A stretch of DNA of 63,985 nt, the filler included, from Perkinsus olseni (lineage: Eukaryota): the NCBI GenBank assembly GCA_013115125.1. It is 3 parts of 3 records of this genome, joined end to end, with 100 filler letters (N's around TTAATTAATTAA, not from the genome) between each part and the next. Parts side by side here need not be neighbours in the genome. Positions count along the whole stretch, not along the records: positions 23,384 to 46,508 come from JABANN010000524.1; positions 46,609 to 63,985 come from JABANN010000649.1; 1 more part is not named here. One strand, written 5' to 3'. A program made the translations under genes and the position numbers. Under the pieces are notes generated by a model. The model was given only the letters and a program-made list of their open reading frames with translations. It made no database searches and had not been told where the DNA came from. Below are positions 35,501 to 49,950 of the stretch, piece by piece. Position 1 is the first letter of the stretch, and every line of letters begins with the position of its first letter.

Positions 35501-37400
35501 CTGCTTCTGTAGACGTTAATCTATCGGCTGCCCGATGTACCAGTATGGCTTAGGTCTTTGAGATCCCTTCGATATCTCGCCCGAGCCACGAGCCCGGGCC
35601 AGAACTCTGAGCGGGCTAAAGCTAATGGCGGCAATCAGGCCGCGGTCGATGAAGTGGCCTGATGAAAGACTCCGGACTCGTTCTGGCCTGTGGATAGCAA
35701 AAGATACGCCTCGTCATCGCTCGACCGTCGAGTCTCGACGCCACTGACACAGTGAGCTACCTGATCCTATTCACCTCTACGCCTGGGTCACTGACTGCTC
35801 ATATGACAGCAGTGATAATCATAAATGCATCATTCACCGGGTGGACGCGGTCCACTGGACGGCGCAAGGTCGGAAGTCCCTGTAGCATCTGATGCTCGGC
35901 CACACGCCATCGACCCGAGTCTCACCACAGATGATCCCCAAGGGCTTCTAAAGTGCCCATTGCGCTGAGGATGTCACGCTTCACTGCGCCTTCGTGGGTG
36001 TGTCGTGCACTGTGCCCACCCAATGCATCCCGTTGATGCTGCCCCGCTCGCTGCACAGCCCTTCGTTGTGGGACCGGAGCCCCACGAGAAACCTTATGAC
36101 ACCGCCCAGCACGCCTGCTGCAGGCGGCCTGCATTATTCTGGCAGCGTTAGGGAACGGGAACTTCAAGTCGCCTTCAAGTCCCGCAGTCGACGGGCAGGG
36201 CTCGGACACCTTAACACCTGGGACCCACACAGACTGGCAGTATCGGCTAAGCAGACCAGCCCCGACAATTCCCGACCACAGTGACTACAAGAGGGCGTCT
36301 ATAACGATGAGGGTGCTCCCTGCTAGGGAGTCCCTAGTGACAGGAGGGCGCAGGGATTCCGACTACTCACAAACCTGTATTTTGGCCGCCCGCTATTTGA
36401 TGTTCAAATTCTAAATACCCCTAATCCTCATAGAACGCTCGCACTCGCCCGAGCTATCGACCACTGGCGATCAGGCAAACACCTCAAATGCTCGTCGGAC
36501 CATCCGGATTGCACCAATCCGCTGCGGATAATCCGCAGCTTTTTCCGATATCGCACATCATGTGCGGCACATGTACGAGAGGCCGGTATCTCGGAGATGA
36601 GGTGCCTTTGCTCTGCTCACTCCTCCATGAGCCGGAACCGGAGGAAACAAAACGCGCATTAAAAATTCTTGGCTCCAAAGCCGGGCCTGAGCAGGCGACC
36701 ATCGAACCTCGCTGACGGGCTGAGGATCATATCTTCGGTAACCAAGATTTCAACTGCGGCGATACAGAGAATACAGTAAGCTACGACTTACGATCCCGAT
36801 GCCTGGGGTGACCTCCTAGAATCTAGGAGGTCACCACAGGTCACCTAGGACCTAGATGTTTCTAGTAGAAACTTTCTACATCTTTGTGGATCTAATGAAT
36901 GCACTTTCCGGATTCCGAGACTCGGAACGAACAATAATAATAATAGAATACCGACTTCCGCACGATCTAGCTCGCCCGTCACAGACTTGCCCCCAACGCC
37001 CTACCCCTCGACAGAAGGAGCAATGGGACGTATGCAAGGCACGCCGTGCCTCTGTTTTATTCCATTAGCCTTCATGTAAAATGCCCATTCAATGGACTCC
37101 ATTGGACATGCCGTGATAAGGGAGGTGGGGGGGGGGAAGGTTGATCAAAGAAGACAACTAAAGTTGGTGACCTATCAAGGAGTTGCGACAGTCGGCACGT
37201 TCACGATCCATAAGGGAAAGCATACACAAACTGTCACGAAGATGCCGTCGGCATTACTGAATTTGAAATACTCATTGCTGCCCGGAGTTACCTCTGAATC
37301 ACAGGATTTGATGCAGAAGACTCCGCAAACGTCGATGTCCACCGCTGAGAAGAAAACCTCCGTGAGCCGCTAAACGACGATGAGAGCCGAGAACAGAAGC
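32600..37400 (+). repeat. Three degenerate tandem copies (~2.1 kb period) of an unidentified decayed sequence
   Basis: ctacccctcgacagaagg at ~32709, ~34809 and ~37001. Also shared: tcggtaaccaaga (34641/36735) and ctccgcaaacgtcgatg (32959/37321). Confidence 0.75.
33888..34411. mobile_element. MITE / non-autonomous Tc1-mariner-type DNA transposon (524 bp)
   Basis: Perfect 34-bp TIR CACCATTTCCAGACCTACTTAGTAAAACCCCAGA, TA on both flanks, subterminal TTAGTAAAACCCC repeats. The paralogous site near 36500 lacks it. Confidence 0.9.
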
Positions 37401-39586
37401 TTGCGAATTCTCAATACTCTGAATGTTGAGGAGAAGGATGCATTACTAGCTCCGCTATGCGACTAAACCGGTAGACAGTTCTGGATGGCAAGCAGCAGTT
37501 TTTGTATTCCTAGATGCTAAACCACCAGAATACTAGCACTGATAGTCTAGCAGTGGCAGTATTCTGCATGGCATTCAGCCATTCTCGACAGATATTTTTC
37601 TCGTACTTCTAACAGGCAAACGCAAGTTGCGTTTACGTTACGCAACACCTTGTAGGTATGAAGTGAAGCATACAGAATCTCGGTAGTTATAGCCGATCTG
37701 CTGCATGTGGATGGCACTGTCGTCGATTCCTGACAACCAAAAAAGCCGTGTCCTGCAGGCTTCTCGTGGTTTGGTGCTTCTTCATTATGGAGCCCTCATA
37801 CTGATTCAGCAGATGTAATCTATGATTATCTATCGGCTGGCTGACGTACCACTATGCTACCTGATAGCACGTACTCCAAACGCTCCCTTGAGCTCAACGG
37901 CAGTACAGGAACGCTTCCCGAGCAACCGGCTGCTGCGGTAGGAGAGCGAAGGAGAATAGTCGCTTTATGTAGGCCGCGTATAGGGCATTGCTGGAGTAGC
38001 TCCCGCGCAAAGTACTCAACCATGTGGACTACACACGGTCCTTCGTTGGAAATGCTGCATGCCCCGAACTCCGGGCTATTCCCATAATCGTCATCAGCCA
38101 GGTCAATGTAAATGACGTCTGGGGCCCGACCCTGCAGCAGAACCCCCAGCATACTGATCGGGGTATAGCTGAGGCTATAGCTGAGAGGGTTGCAGCGAGT
38201 TCCAGCGAAGCTCAACCAGGGATGCCAAGTTGGCATTGCCAACACTCCCCTAATCGGACCAACTCGGAGTTCCCTCTTAGAGGGCGGGGTGCACCCAGGT
38301 GGCACCCGTCGGGCGTACGGCATGCCTAGCCCCCGAGAATCAAACAAATATTCTCTACCTGTCAGGGAGAATCATTATGTGATTGTGAAATGACTCCCAC
38401 TTCTCATTCTGCCAGGGTGACCATGGCGCTGCCCAAGTTTGGCACTGCCAAACCGGAGCACGCAGCCATTTCGCTTGGGTTAATCTCGCTCAGTGAAGGC
38501 GTCCATCCCTCATATTTGAACTCCTTAAAACGTCGAAATTGCCAATTCCTCAAGATTTCGATGGAGTTCAACGTTCTTGAGTCCCTGCGAACCTTTCCCC
38601 TCGACAAACACAGAGTTTTGCTGAACGTTGATCGCAGCTCACCAGTAATACTGGCCTCGGATCAGTGGCCTATATCCCAGAGAGGGGTTACGTTGACCGG
38701 CCTGTCATGTCTGACATGACAATGACATTGTCATGATGACATGCTCGCGTGGAGTCCCAGAAGGGAAACACCAGGACTCCCTTTACGGAAGGACAGTAAT
38801 GAGAATGTGAACGATGGCTTGCAGAACTAACTCGTAAGATAACGAGACGAATATAGATGGCGCATGCGCAAGGTTGTATTACGAGCCCCGCAGGCTACAA
38901 AGTCGGACTCCGGGATTCCGTAGTACAGAACGTGAGTTACGTTCCGTAACGATGATCTAGAATCCATCCCCACCTTCGATGAACTCCTAGCAATCCTCCA
39001 ACTCAGAGTTGGCAGCTATCACGAAGCCTGCACAAAGACTTTCGAACAACCCAAAATCTTCGTCTTTCCACTCTCCCCAATATCATGGCACTTCTCTCCA
39101 CCGTAACTGTCAAAGAGCTCCTGCCTCAATTTCCAGATCAAGCGGAAGCGTTGGATTCGCATCGATACGTATTGATCCGGATAGACTTGTCCTGCAATTT
39201 ATTTACCTGTCCCGCATCCGTGGCATTAGTGTCAGCGATCTAGCAGCAGCAGCCGCCAGCCAGACCACCATGCTGACTTCGCAGGACTCGACGAATCGAG
39301 CACTCAAGAACGTCCGCAAAGGCATGCACATCTACTTGAGTGTAAATGCCGCTGACAAGCACCTCAGGATACCGGGATTCAATCCACCCTGGCCACTGTA
39401 AACTCAACAGCATCTCCCATTGAAACCACAAACGAAACGCTCAGCTGGATGGTGCATCCGCAACCTGACCCAGTTCAATTCCTGGAGGGATCATCCACAA
39501 GCCCGAACAAACACATCGAAAAAATATTGAGGAATGCCTATCGATGAGGCGATTACCAAACAATCGATCTTCTGGGAGTGTACCCT

Positions 39587-42500
39587 TCACATACTACCAT
39601 ACTGCGGTCCTCCGCCTCCCTCAGGCACAGTCCACTGTATGAAGTGCCCGGGAGTTTTTATGCTGCAGGTTTTGCAGTGAATGCAGTTTTGTGCATTAAT
39701 AGTCAGGTTTCCCTTGTCATCATATTCGTAAACCTTCGCCGGGCAGAACCGCTGCTCCGGTCCGCCATATTGCGTGAAAGAGACCTGAAGGAATCTACCA
39801 TTTTGCCGAACTACCAGCAGAAGGTTCTAGGTATAAGATTGGCAGTTTCTATACCACGATCTTGCGAAAACACCAGAGGGAATCAGACGGACTGGAGAAT
39901 ATTTCGAAAGCAGACAATCCCAGTGTGAGTTGAACCGTCACGGTCGCCTAGCGGGCAATTCCCCCTCACAGACACCCCACACTCGAGAACACAAAGGCTT
40001 TGCATTCCCGAGTGTGGAGTGGCCTTTGTAACAGAGCAGTCCGCATGCGATAATGCCAATATCATATTGATCGATAGCTTATGAGTTACTACCTCTTTCG
40101 GAATCTTCTCCATTCCTGGCTTGATCTTCAAATGTGACGGTTGATCAGCTTCATGATCAACTCCCGTTAGCGGCAGTTGGTCAGTCAGGTCGAATGTGAG
40201 CTTACCTACGCATAGACCAAGGACAGATTGAGGACTCGTCATCATGTCGCGGGAACGCCGCTCCTCCGGAAGCTCCTATCGCAACCCATTAGACACTTTG
40301 GTAGTACCAAATTAGTACAGTGTTCCACTAGTAAGTAATCCCGTCATAGAAAGTCGTGTGACCAACAATGCAAATTCCTACGCAAATCAGAGAAGCAACA
40401 CAGAACGGAGACGTCTGAGTTGTCGTGCAACTTGCCGCTGATCAATGCTATTCAACGAGCTGCGTCAAAGTGATCCCATCAATGCGAGCATAAACTCAGC
40501 TCGAAATGGAATGGAACTTGGGAGAGAAAGTCACATCGAAGCTACCTACGAGTTTACTTGTCCCTCTACGACGCATGTCATCCACCTGCCTGACTAACAC
40601 CCCTCTCAGTGAGACAAGTATGCACCTCAGCTTGTCTATTGCCCATACTTGGGCCACTTTGTCCTTTCGCAATGATATTGATCGCCTCTTCCCAACTAAG
40701 GCCAACTCCCGGCTAAGGGGTATCTTCCCGCTTGTGCCCAACGGTACGCCGTGGTCCATGAGGTGCAACAATTCCAAGTCCACTGCCATCCGGATACTCA
40801 GTCTGCATAGTCTGTAGTTGACTCTCGATGAGCGGTTCCCAGATTTTGCTGCCAGCTTGCGGTGTGCGCGTTCTGACCTCCAATACCTCGCCCCAGTGGG
40901 CGCGCACAACTTCCGCGCTTCTCGCTATCAATGGACTCAAATCCACCAAATCGCAGAGGCTGATCTGGCCTCTATCGAATTCATCCCGGTTTGGATCTGT
41001 TGAGTCACTCCGGCCGGCAAGAGCTCGTCTGGAGAGAGCTGGCGAGTTTATCCGTCAACTCTGCGCCCGGTACGATGCCGTCGTCAGCTCTTGCGGTTGG
41101 CTCAGTCGAAGAATAAACATCCTTGGATATCAGGAAGGAAGATTATCCCGCTTATATAGAACACTGGATTATGCAAGTTGACCTTCTGTAAATCACCTAT
41201 AGTTCCCCCAGGGGAGTTCCCTGTCTGATAGACCAATTTCGTATACTACTGGTCTGGTTCTCTAGTACGAAAATGACTTCGGCAAACCACCCAACTACCG
41301 TCAGGCTTCGGGTAGGCCACTTCCTTACACTTAGCCTGTGTACGCGTTCTAGCCGCATCATCTTTAGACCACCTGAAGCGAGATTGTCGAAGCGGAGTAT
41401 GCCGACGTCCATGCCGGATAATACCTAAACGTCCATGGTTCCCTTCCCTTGCTCATCAGCCAGAAAGCTCCATATCCCAGTCCGGAGAACAGGCCTGTCT
41501 TGAAAGCCAGGTGGATATTGCGAACGCCCTGAAAGAGCGGAGATCCACTAAGAGCGCCTACATACATACAAGACTAGATCTGAACTCGCATGAACTATTG
41601 AGTTGCTGACTGCTGCACCCCGCTAACGCGAGAATCCTTGGGTCGCAGGTTCCACGGACTTGAAGCTTGTGGAAGCAACAATATAGTGGACACTGCCTTG
41701 ATTTGATCAAGAATGATCGAGTTGATTATCGACTAAAAGGAACCTCACCGGAGAGCACGAATATGAGAGAGTATTAGAAAGCCCAAAAATTAACGGCGCA
41801 TGAATGCTCAATTACAATGAAGAACGGGTTCCTTACGATCCAGATCTATCGTGGTTCGGGACTACACTACTGGGATCAGGCCCCAACCCCGCCCCAGTAC
41901 CGCTCCTGCATGAAATTAGTATTACGTATAATTCCCTGTGCACCCAACTGTCCTTCACAGCGTGCTCGTATTTCGATGATACATGGCCAGGCTGGGCTCC
42001 ATCATTAATATCAGCCACGGCTGCTTCTGCAGCTAACATCCCTGTCTTCATAGCTGTATGAGTCCCCTGAATGAACATCTTCGCTATCGACAAAAACACT
42101 CTCAGCTCGAGAGTTCATTCATTAGGAGTGGAGAATTTCCGGGAAAGTGCAATCCGAGAACAGCCGAGAACTTCAAGCCACCGGATCGAACGGCGTCAAG
42201 CCGTTTGACTCAAGCGAACAACTCAGCAATTAGTAAAAGCGGGAATGCCTCACCAATTCGATAAGTCTCTTTTCACTCAGCTGTCTCTCGAAAAACTCGT
42301 CAAATCGTGAGCGATGAAGCACGGAAGAGATTAGTGTAACTTTTCCCTGGTATTGGACAGTGTTACTACCTTAATCTTGAGAACATTAAGGAATCCAGCA
42401 GCGTCTCCGACGAGCATTCCGCCCGGGAAGGCCACCGCCGGTAGGGCTTGATACCCACCTAAGGAGGTATCAATGGCGGCTCATCTACCATGGGTGGGCC

Positions 42501-45500
42501 GTCCACGATTTATCGCATCACTGATGCGCAAACTCTATGTGACTGAAAGCACATCAGTCCACCGCGTACTCATTACTATGCTCGATCTCGTCTAGATGCA
42601 AATCAACTAAGATCGGTCTTTGCGTGACGACCTTTCTAATACGAGTTCGATCTGAGACGCCGAGCGGGCGGTTCGGCCAACATAGATTACTTCCAACACA
42701 ATTCAATACCAGCCTAGCCACACAAGTTGGAAGTTGACCGATTTGCTCGACCTTAAAGGGTGTACCATACAGCACGCAGGGACCCCCGCCCGTCTCTCTA
42801 TTACCACAATTTATCACTCGAGCGCCATAACCGACACACTTGCCACCATCCAGCAGTCCTCGAAGCATCTCATGCGTCTTGTACCTATCCCCCTGCGAGT
42901 GACGGTGATGGCCCGAACGCACTCTTACTTCTGCAACTCCATGTAAGGCGATCTATTCGTATTAGTGTAGCCCAGACCCGTTACGAAACCCAAGTGGACG
43001 AGGTTGCCTGAGAGCATCAGAAAGATTCTCGCAACTCCGAACCAAAATACATCACCTTTCATATGATATATGAACCCTCCACCATAGGTCATGTAGTCCA
43101 TAGGGAACCCGACCGTATGAGTAACATGCCCAGGCTGGCTAACCTGTAGAAGATACGCGAATCTTGGACTGGTCGGACAGGAGAGCAGTGCCACTACCTC
43201 AGGGTCGACCTTCCATACTTCCTTCACGCCTAGGCTGAACTTAGGCGGGCATCTGCCGGCCGATAAATTATACCGGTTGGCTACCTCTAGCGAGAGAGAA
43301 CCTCTAGCACCTTCAGCCAGAATAATCTGTCGACCTAAAATGGGGACGAGCAGCCGAACGATGAAGCTGTGTTCGCTCCGATAACGTCTAAACAGTCGCC
43401 CTAGCGGAACGCCCTACTCGACCTTACGAAAGCCATACGATGAGCCAAGATACTTCAACATTGATATTCATCTCTGGCAACGATGATACCACCATGATTA
43501 CAGAGCCTATTATCAGGCACTTATCTGGGATAACTCATCCGGTTATCTTATCTTAACAATCACTTAACTAATCCGTGACTTTCGACTTCAATAGAGATCA
43601 ATTTCGGGATTCTCCTAATCATTCCTAATAGATGTGACCATGATGACGCTCCCTCAAATTACCATATATCTTAACACCAGGCTCATAGTTAGGTTTGTGA
43701 TGGCCGTCCTTAGCCACACCCTGATCGCGAATCTTGACAGCCACCATGCGGCCCTTGTCGTCGATAACGGGATCCTCCGACACTGCAAATCCTGGGTATA
43801 TCTCAACGCCTGAAACAAACTCGTCCTCGCTCGTGCAATATACAGAAACAACATGATACTTCAATATAACAAATTACACTACGGCCTGCAGACAACTAGA
43901 TATATTCGACCCTTTACAGATGTATTCCTATACGGTTTGGTCGAAAAATTAGCCCACATCAGAAATTTCCGATCCAATGAGTCCGGCCTTACTCTAACAC
44001 TCAAAGTTCCGATAGACGAGATCAACATTTTTTGACTGGACTGTGTATCATAAGCTAATAATCGGCAGCCTCTCATAAGCTAATAATCGGCAGCCTCTCA
44101 CCCGTGTCCTCCGCCTTCTCGCTCAACCATCGGCACATATCACCCAAGGAGATGATGAAGTTGCCATGGTTACTCATAGCCGATGGTAGAAAAGGGGATT
44201 TGATAGCATACTTGGCGGTGGGAAGATACACAAAATCATCATGAGTAACAGGAGTCTGCGCCCAGGCAGGATTTTCCTGAAAATCATGGAAAACTAGATT
44301 CGCCATGACCATCACTATGAGCTGACCTGTCGCCAGTCCGGCATGAGCTCGTCCAGTGCCGTAGGCTGGAAGACGTTGCCGGACAGAATGTGGGCGCCGA
44401 TCTCCGACCCCTTCTCCAGTACGCAAACCGACAGGTCAGAGTTCAACTGATAGACACCAAAAGGCTGCAGCGAAGTGATAATGGCCACTGAGGTAAAGAC
44501 CATTTCATGTACACGCATATTACAAATAATCTACATTATGTTATCATTGTGAACATCAATTCCAGAATCGATTCTGAGCTAGTCCGGAATCAGTTCATCG
44601 AGAAAGTGTGGGTTTGGAGTATCTTTCCTATTACAAACGTGATGCTGTTTCATTCGTGACTATATATTCTATATTTTACATTTTTGTTACATTCACCGCT
44701 GTACGTGATATACTATATAACGAAAGAACTATCCACTGTATGAAGTCAACGTCCCCGTTCAGGGGTTAACCCTACTAGAATAATACTCAAGGGCCTCCAG
44801 TGAAGACCCTGGCGAAGTTCATCTTCAATAATTCATCATCAATCGTTTGGCCTCCGGCTGGTAGCCGACACACGGATTCTTGATATCCGCCAATCGCTAG
44901 ATTTGTGAATTGACGATTTCGGAAAAGAAACACCACATACTGAGAATCCCAGCGATAGCAGGGAGCTCTCGCAACAGACACGAGATGCGAAAAATGAATT
45001 GAACCACGTGGCCAGCCCCATAGTAGTACCTGTTTGGCTCGTATGGCGGCTGAGAGCCCCGCCGGACCACCGCCAACCACTACCAGGTCATACTCCAGGG
45101 AATCATCAGCTTCACTGAAAGGAGGACGATCAGGCACGCAGACACGTCAGTTGAGCAAAGAACGAGGCTGACTCGGTTTTTTCCCGGTGTATGGAAGCTT
45201 ACTCGATGGATGCTATCTCAACATGCCTGCAACGCAAGCGTTGAGAAGAGATACTCGTATGGGGAGAGCGGGATAAGAATCTTTCCACTTGCGAAAGACA
45301 CGGTCGACCTACCTCGTAAAGAATCTTCTTCCGCGTCCCAGCTGCGATAATACGGGTGCTCGGCATGCCCGGACGGCTGTTGATGAGAGCGTCCTTAACG
45401 CAGAAGAGCGTATCATTAACTGAGATGACCCTCCAAGAACTGAAAAATTCGAGGATCTTGACAGCATCTCGAACGCGGCAGATGAGGACGAAGACGCCGA

Positions 45501-45503
45501 CAT
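39587..45503 (-). CDS. ETFDH: Electron transfer flavoprotein-ubiquinone oxidoreductase, multi-exon
   Basis: Transit-peptide-like start, YDLVVVGGGPAGLSAAIRAKQ, VLEKGSEIGAHILSG, GTHTAMKTGMLAAE, YPKPDG|KLTFDL, DQPSHL, RFCPAKVYE, NAQNCIHCKTCSIK (4Fe-4S), PEGGGGPQY. Confidence 0.96.
40480..41160 (-). mobile_element. Possible decayed retroelement fragment inside an ETFDH intron
   Basis: DLELLHLMDHGVPLG...DKLRCI...DDMRRRG resembles the N-terminal part of DIRS-like RTs. Lies in the ~1.1-kb intron 40206-41298. Confidence 0.35.
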
Positions 45504-46508
45504 TTGCTAACACGAGGCGGAGGCGAAGAAGGCAAACTTGAGCCAAGATGGCTACGGTTAGTAACAAATGAACGATAGCTCGCTCGAAGGAACCATGCCC
45601 AAAGCCTCGCTGGCTGCGCACTACTTGCTCGACGTTTCTAGCCTCGCCGGCAAAGTGCCGGATGATTCGCCGGCAAAAAAGGACGGCGGTTCATTAAAGG
45701 TAACAACGACTCTCAGTGTAGTGACTACACTGACCTCGCGGATCTGTTGTGGATTCATCATGGCTTGAGTAAGCTTGCCAGCGTATTCTCATCGAAAATC
45801 TGATTGTTCTATCAGGCCACAGTGAGCGTTGGGGCGAGGCCGCGGGGTCTAATAACGATACAGCCTAACTGCAAATTTGCGCTTACGGCGGCAATTCCTA
45901 AAATTACAGGGGAGGGATCTCGGGCTTCCCTGGGCTCTATTTCACATGTCCTCCACTAACCCCAAGTAGCCACTTACGGGACGTTTCACCCTTACCTTCG
46001 GAACCCTTAACGAAAGTGGCCACTTAGCTCTAAGTGACGCTTCACATTGAGTTCAGGGGGTGCTTAGGGCTAAGTAATTTCCGCTGTGGAAATTTCGCAT
46101 TCGTGGAACAACCACTAGGTGGCGCCTAAAACACCCGTCACTCCACCGAATTCGTGAGGAAGATCCGGACCTCCCTGAAACCGCTCCTAAGTGTCCCTCA
46201 ACACAAAATGACGTGTGTGCGGATCGATCCTCGGCAAGTTTATGCAATTGGGTTAACGGTCAGCCGCTCGCCCACCGTACCAAATATTACATAGGCTCCG
46301 AGTCTGTGTCAACAAAAGATCCTTAGGGACAACTTGACTCAAGTGGCTCCTGAACTAACCGTCGCTAAGTGACCAATTCATCTGAAAGGTCCTACGCAAT
46401 AAGCGTCACTTTAGAAAATCCGTCCCTAAGTGTTAGTTGCAAATCCTGCTCCGATGCACACGACCCACCCTAAACTCGTCGAACTCGACTCGTCCCGCCC
46501 TGCCGATG

Positions 46509-46608
46509 NNNNNNNNNNNNNNNNNNNNNNNNNNNNNNNNNNNNNNNNNNNNTTAATTAATTAANNNNNNNNNNNNNNNNNNNNNNNNNNNNNNNNNNNN
46601 NNNNNNNN
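46509..46608. other. Assembly gap with artificial TTAATTAATTAA spacer
   Basis: Same N-12mer-N structure as the first gap. Confidence 0.97.
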
Positions 46609-48207
46609 AACCAATGAGGAGATTCAACTCATAAAACCGTTATAGTTATAGTATATCGTACTTAGCTTAGCTATGATACGAGCATCACAATGGGGACAGC
46701 TTAGATCTCATATTGTGTACTCATCCTACACTTGTCCTACCAGGTATGTGACTGATTTCGATCTTTTTTACATCATTGTTGCCACTGAAAGGGTCATATT
46801 GGTCGAGTTCGGAGGAGTTATACTCCCTTTAGTCCAGTCGACGACGTCTCCGTCCTGAGAGACGTGAAGCGTGACACCACCTTATCTTTGTACAGGGATT
46901 TTTCCATAGTCATTCTTTTGCGGTCGCAGTTCTTCCTCTCGGTCGAACTCATTTGTTAAGGCCCAACAGTTGACCACAGTGACTGTGCCCTTGAATTTAC
47001 CTTCCAGTATCAAGGGCAACTGCAAGGCTTGCAGTAGTTCTGTGACTATCCAAATACTGCCGCCCGAGATTTCGTTCATCGCACAGCTAGCCTGCTTTGT
47101 ACTTAAGCTCAACTCTTCTCGATACTACTTCGACCATTATTGCGTTATGCGATAAGTCGTCCGCCCTATACCGTAACAGCTAGGCTCCAGTCAGTCGCCA
47201 GAATTGGGTACTCTCCTTCACGCCAGGATGCTGGCCGAGAACCCCGGGCCTGAGATTCATGGCTTCGACCCTGAGTGATTGGAGGCTTTGAGTGTGACGC
47301 GCCCGGTACGCCGGTTCGACTGTGCGCCGGTGACGGCATTTACGACCGTGCGGTCAACGCGAAGACTTCGCGACAAAGATGTTGCGAATCTCTACTAGAG
47401 ACTCTCTAGTCGCCACGATTTTGTTCGACATCTCTTAGCGTTGAGCTAATGGACTCGGTCCATTATTATTTGTTACTGGAGCTATCGCTTCACACCATTT
47501 CCTGAAATTCTCGTCTGCAAATATGACAAGCGGGTTGGCTAAAATGCCTGCTGACTAGAGGATGAGCCCACCCACTCAATTTGTGTTATCTTCAACGCTA
47601 TGAGAGTGCTCTTCTCTCACGCGCCGGGGCGTCTTGTTTCACTACGCGGATTTTCGGTCGCTTTCTGCCATCACCTATCTGGGAACTTGAGAAGGCCTTG
47701 TCGCAGTCTGTGCGACAGCCGAACAGACTGAAGCCGCTGATTACTGCTATGAACTCGAAACAGTGCCACGGTGAGGAAAAATCGTGCATCGATCATGATT
47801 CACGTGAATTACCATATTTTATCAAAACAACAAGACCGAGGACGATGAATGAATAACACAGAGTTGACAGGCTGCCATCGAAGAATTAAGAGGACGAAAG
47901 TAGACGAGAAGGTCGCCACTCAGCCGTAGGAAGATAACGTGCCTGCTGCGGTTCCGGTGTCACCTGAGCAAGGGGTGGTGGAATGGTTGACGAGCGGTGA
48001 TGGAGCACCGACGAAGCAGAGATCGGAGAAACACAAAGAGACCTGTCGCCCCGCCCGGAAATTTTTCCAATTTTCAAAATTAATATCATTATGAGTCTCG
48101 TAGTTCTAGCCACATTTGGACGTAGCGTAATAGTCTGATCTCAGCATGATGTTAGTAACTCCGAATTGAGATCGAGCCATTCTCGATTCACCGCTGAAAT
48201 TCGTAAC

Positions 48208-49950
48208 TTAATCTGGTAACTCCCACCATAACCCCGAGATGCAACCGTCCCACTCAGCAACGGCTACCTTCCAAAGACAGGCATGTGTCGGACATTGTGA
48301 TTGACCTCGCCGGCAGGACGTAGCTGATCGAGGTCGTGTCCAAGGTAGTCTCCTCATCCGCCCTCGAGCTGGCGATCTCTCCCGCCTTGCCCAATTCGAA
48401 ATCTCGGGGTGCACCGCTCCGCTTATACTGAGCAACGATTTTAAAAATTACACAACAAGCCACGGCACAGCCGACCGTGGCAGCCGTCAAAATCACAATT
48501 AACAAGATAGTGAATGTAGTCTCCTTAACAGCAGTGTCTTTCGGAGCCGGCGACGACCCGCCCGACTCATCTATGTACACCAGCAGACTCGGAAAGGAGT
48601 GCCCGACTGATACCCCAGGGCCCAAAGCAAGGCGAACCGCATCCAAGAACGCATCCTGGTCGATGAGCAACTCTGTCATCGCCCGGGGGGTAGTTTCGTT
48701 AACTCGAGCAGTTACCAGGACACCGGATCGAACCGCAACCTCAGCCCTGGCGAGCCGAGTTCGGAAAAATGTCTTCACAGCGAGGGCGAGAGGGGCTGCC
48801 ATGATTGACGGCTGCCACTGTGGCAACACTTCGAGGTAGATCGTGGCGGTGATGGTGGTGAGGTAATCTGGATTCATCGTCAATGGCTTGGATGGGTCCA
48901 GGACCTCGAGTACGGGTACCTATCTGAAGCGAATATCGGTTATAGTCGTGATGGTAGCATAAAATAGGACGGTCTCAAGCTCTATTGGACATGAAACATG
49001 ATCAGAGTGCAAGCTTCGGCGGAGCGACCGAGTGCGTGGGAGGCCGTGGGAGGCCTGCCGTAGTCCTCCACCCACCACAGCCGGGCGGACGAGCCCTCCT
49101 TCAGTTCCGGAGTTGATCTCAATATCAAGGCCGCTGAGGTTATAGCGGATGACCTCCAGCACTCGATCAGCCTGGCTCGGGCGCTCGACTTGGAACTGCA
49201 CCGACCCTTCATATCGTAATTGTTGTGAGAGACGTCGCCGTCCATTCCGATCACCACACAACTGGCTGCAATCACATAACCTGTACCTTGACAGAAATGC
49301 GCATGCGTGCATCTCTGCCAAGTGCCAGGATCGAGCTGAGATTCCCTCGTAGAGCAGAGACCATCGGGCGTCAGGTTGAATCACCCGCATTGTTGTAGCA
49401 GTCCATGCTGGCATATCCTGGGTTGTCCCTCGGCAGCATCGCACTTACACCAACTCCCTACTCCGCACACCGAGACGCAGTATCTTAGGTCGAAGCATGG
49501 CACCGACGGTGGTCCAAGATTCCCCACCGGTTAGCATCATCTTCAGTGCTCTCCATGACCACCTTCAAATCTTTACTCTTGGCCAGCGTCGGGCAGGTAA
49601 CCGTCACTGGCTTCACCCAGGTGCTAGCTGCCGCCGAGGTCGTTACACGAGGCCGGATGGTATCTTCGAAAACACAATTATTCCCCTATTTTTATGCTAC
49701 TTTCACACCTGCAACCTTCTTAGTAGAGGCAGTTCTCGAAGGCAAGGCTGAGGAAGACGGCACCTAAGAAGCAAGCGCTTCCCACTGCTGCCGTCCCCCG
49801 CCCACTCATCTCACGGCAGTAGTCGTAGTGGAAAAAGAACTCGTTGTGCGCTGAGTTGATGATGCACTCCAAGATGGCGACGCTGTCGTAGTAGTAGTCG
49901 TGACCAGTCGAATGCAGTGGAGCAGGCCTACTCTATCCAGAGGCAGTCGG
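48208..49950 (-). CDS. Putative type I membrane/surface protein; multi-exon, 5' end uncertain
   Basis: Thr/Ser-rich stretch (~49810-49900), Cys-rich segment (DCSQLCGD), RRRLS motif, TM helix FTILLIVILTAATVGCAVACCVIF followed by basic residues. Confidence 0.5.

Noticed and set aside
37826-38720. ORFs of 67-173 aa between the repeat block and ETFDH
   Set aside because: No recognisable motifs or consistent splice structure. Possibly decayed mobile DNA, but this cannot be supported.
39883-40245. Stand-alone ORF first suspected to be retroelement-derived
   Set aside because: Its core (GKLTFDL...DQPSHL) is an ETFDH exon.
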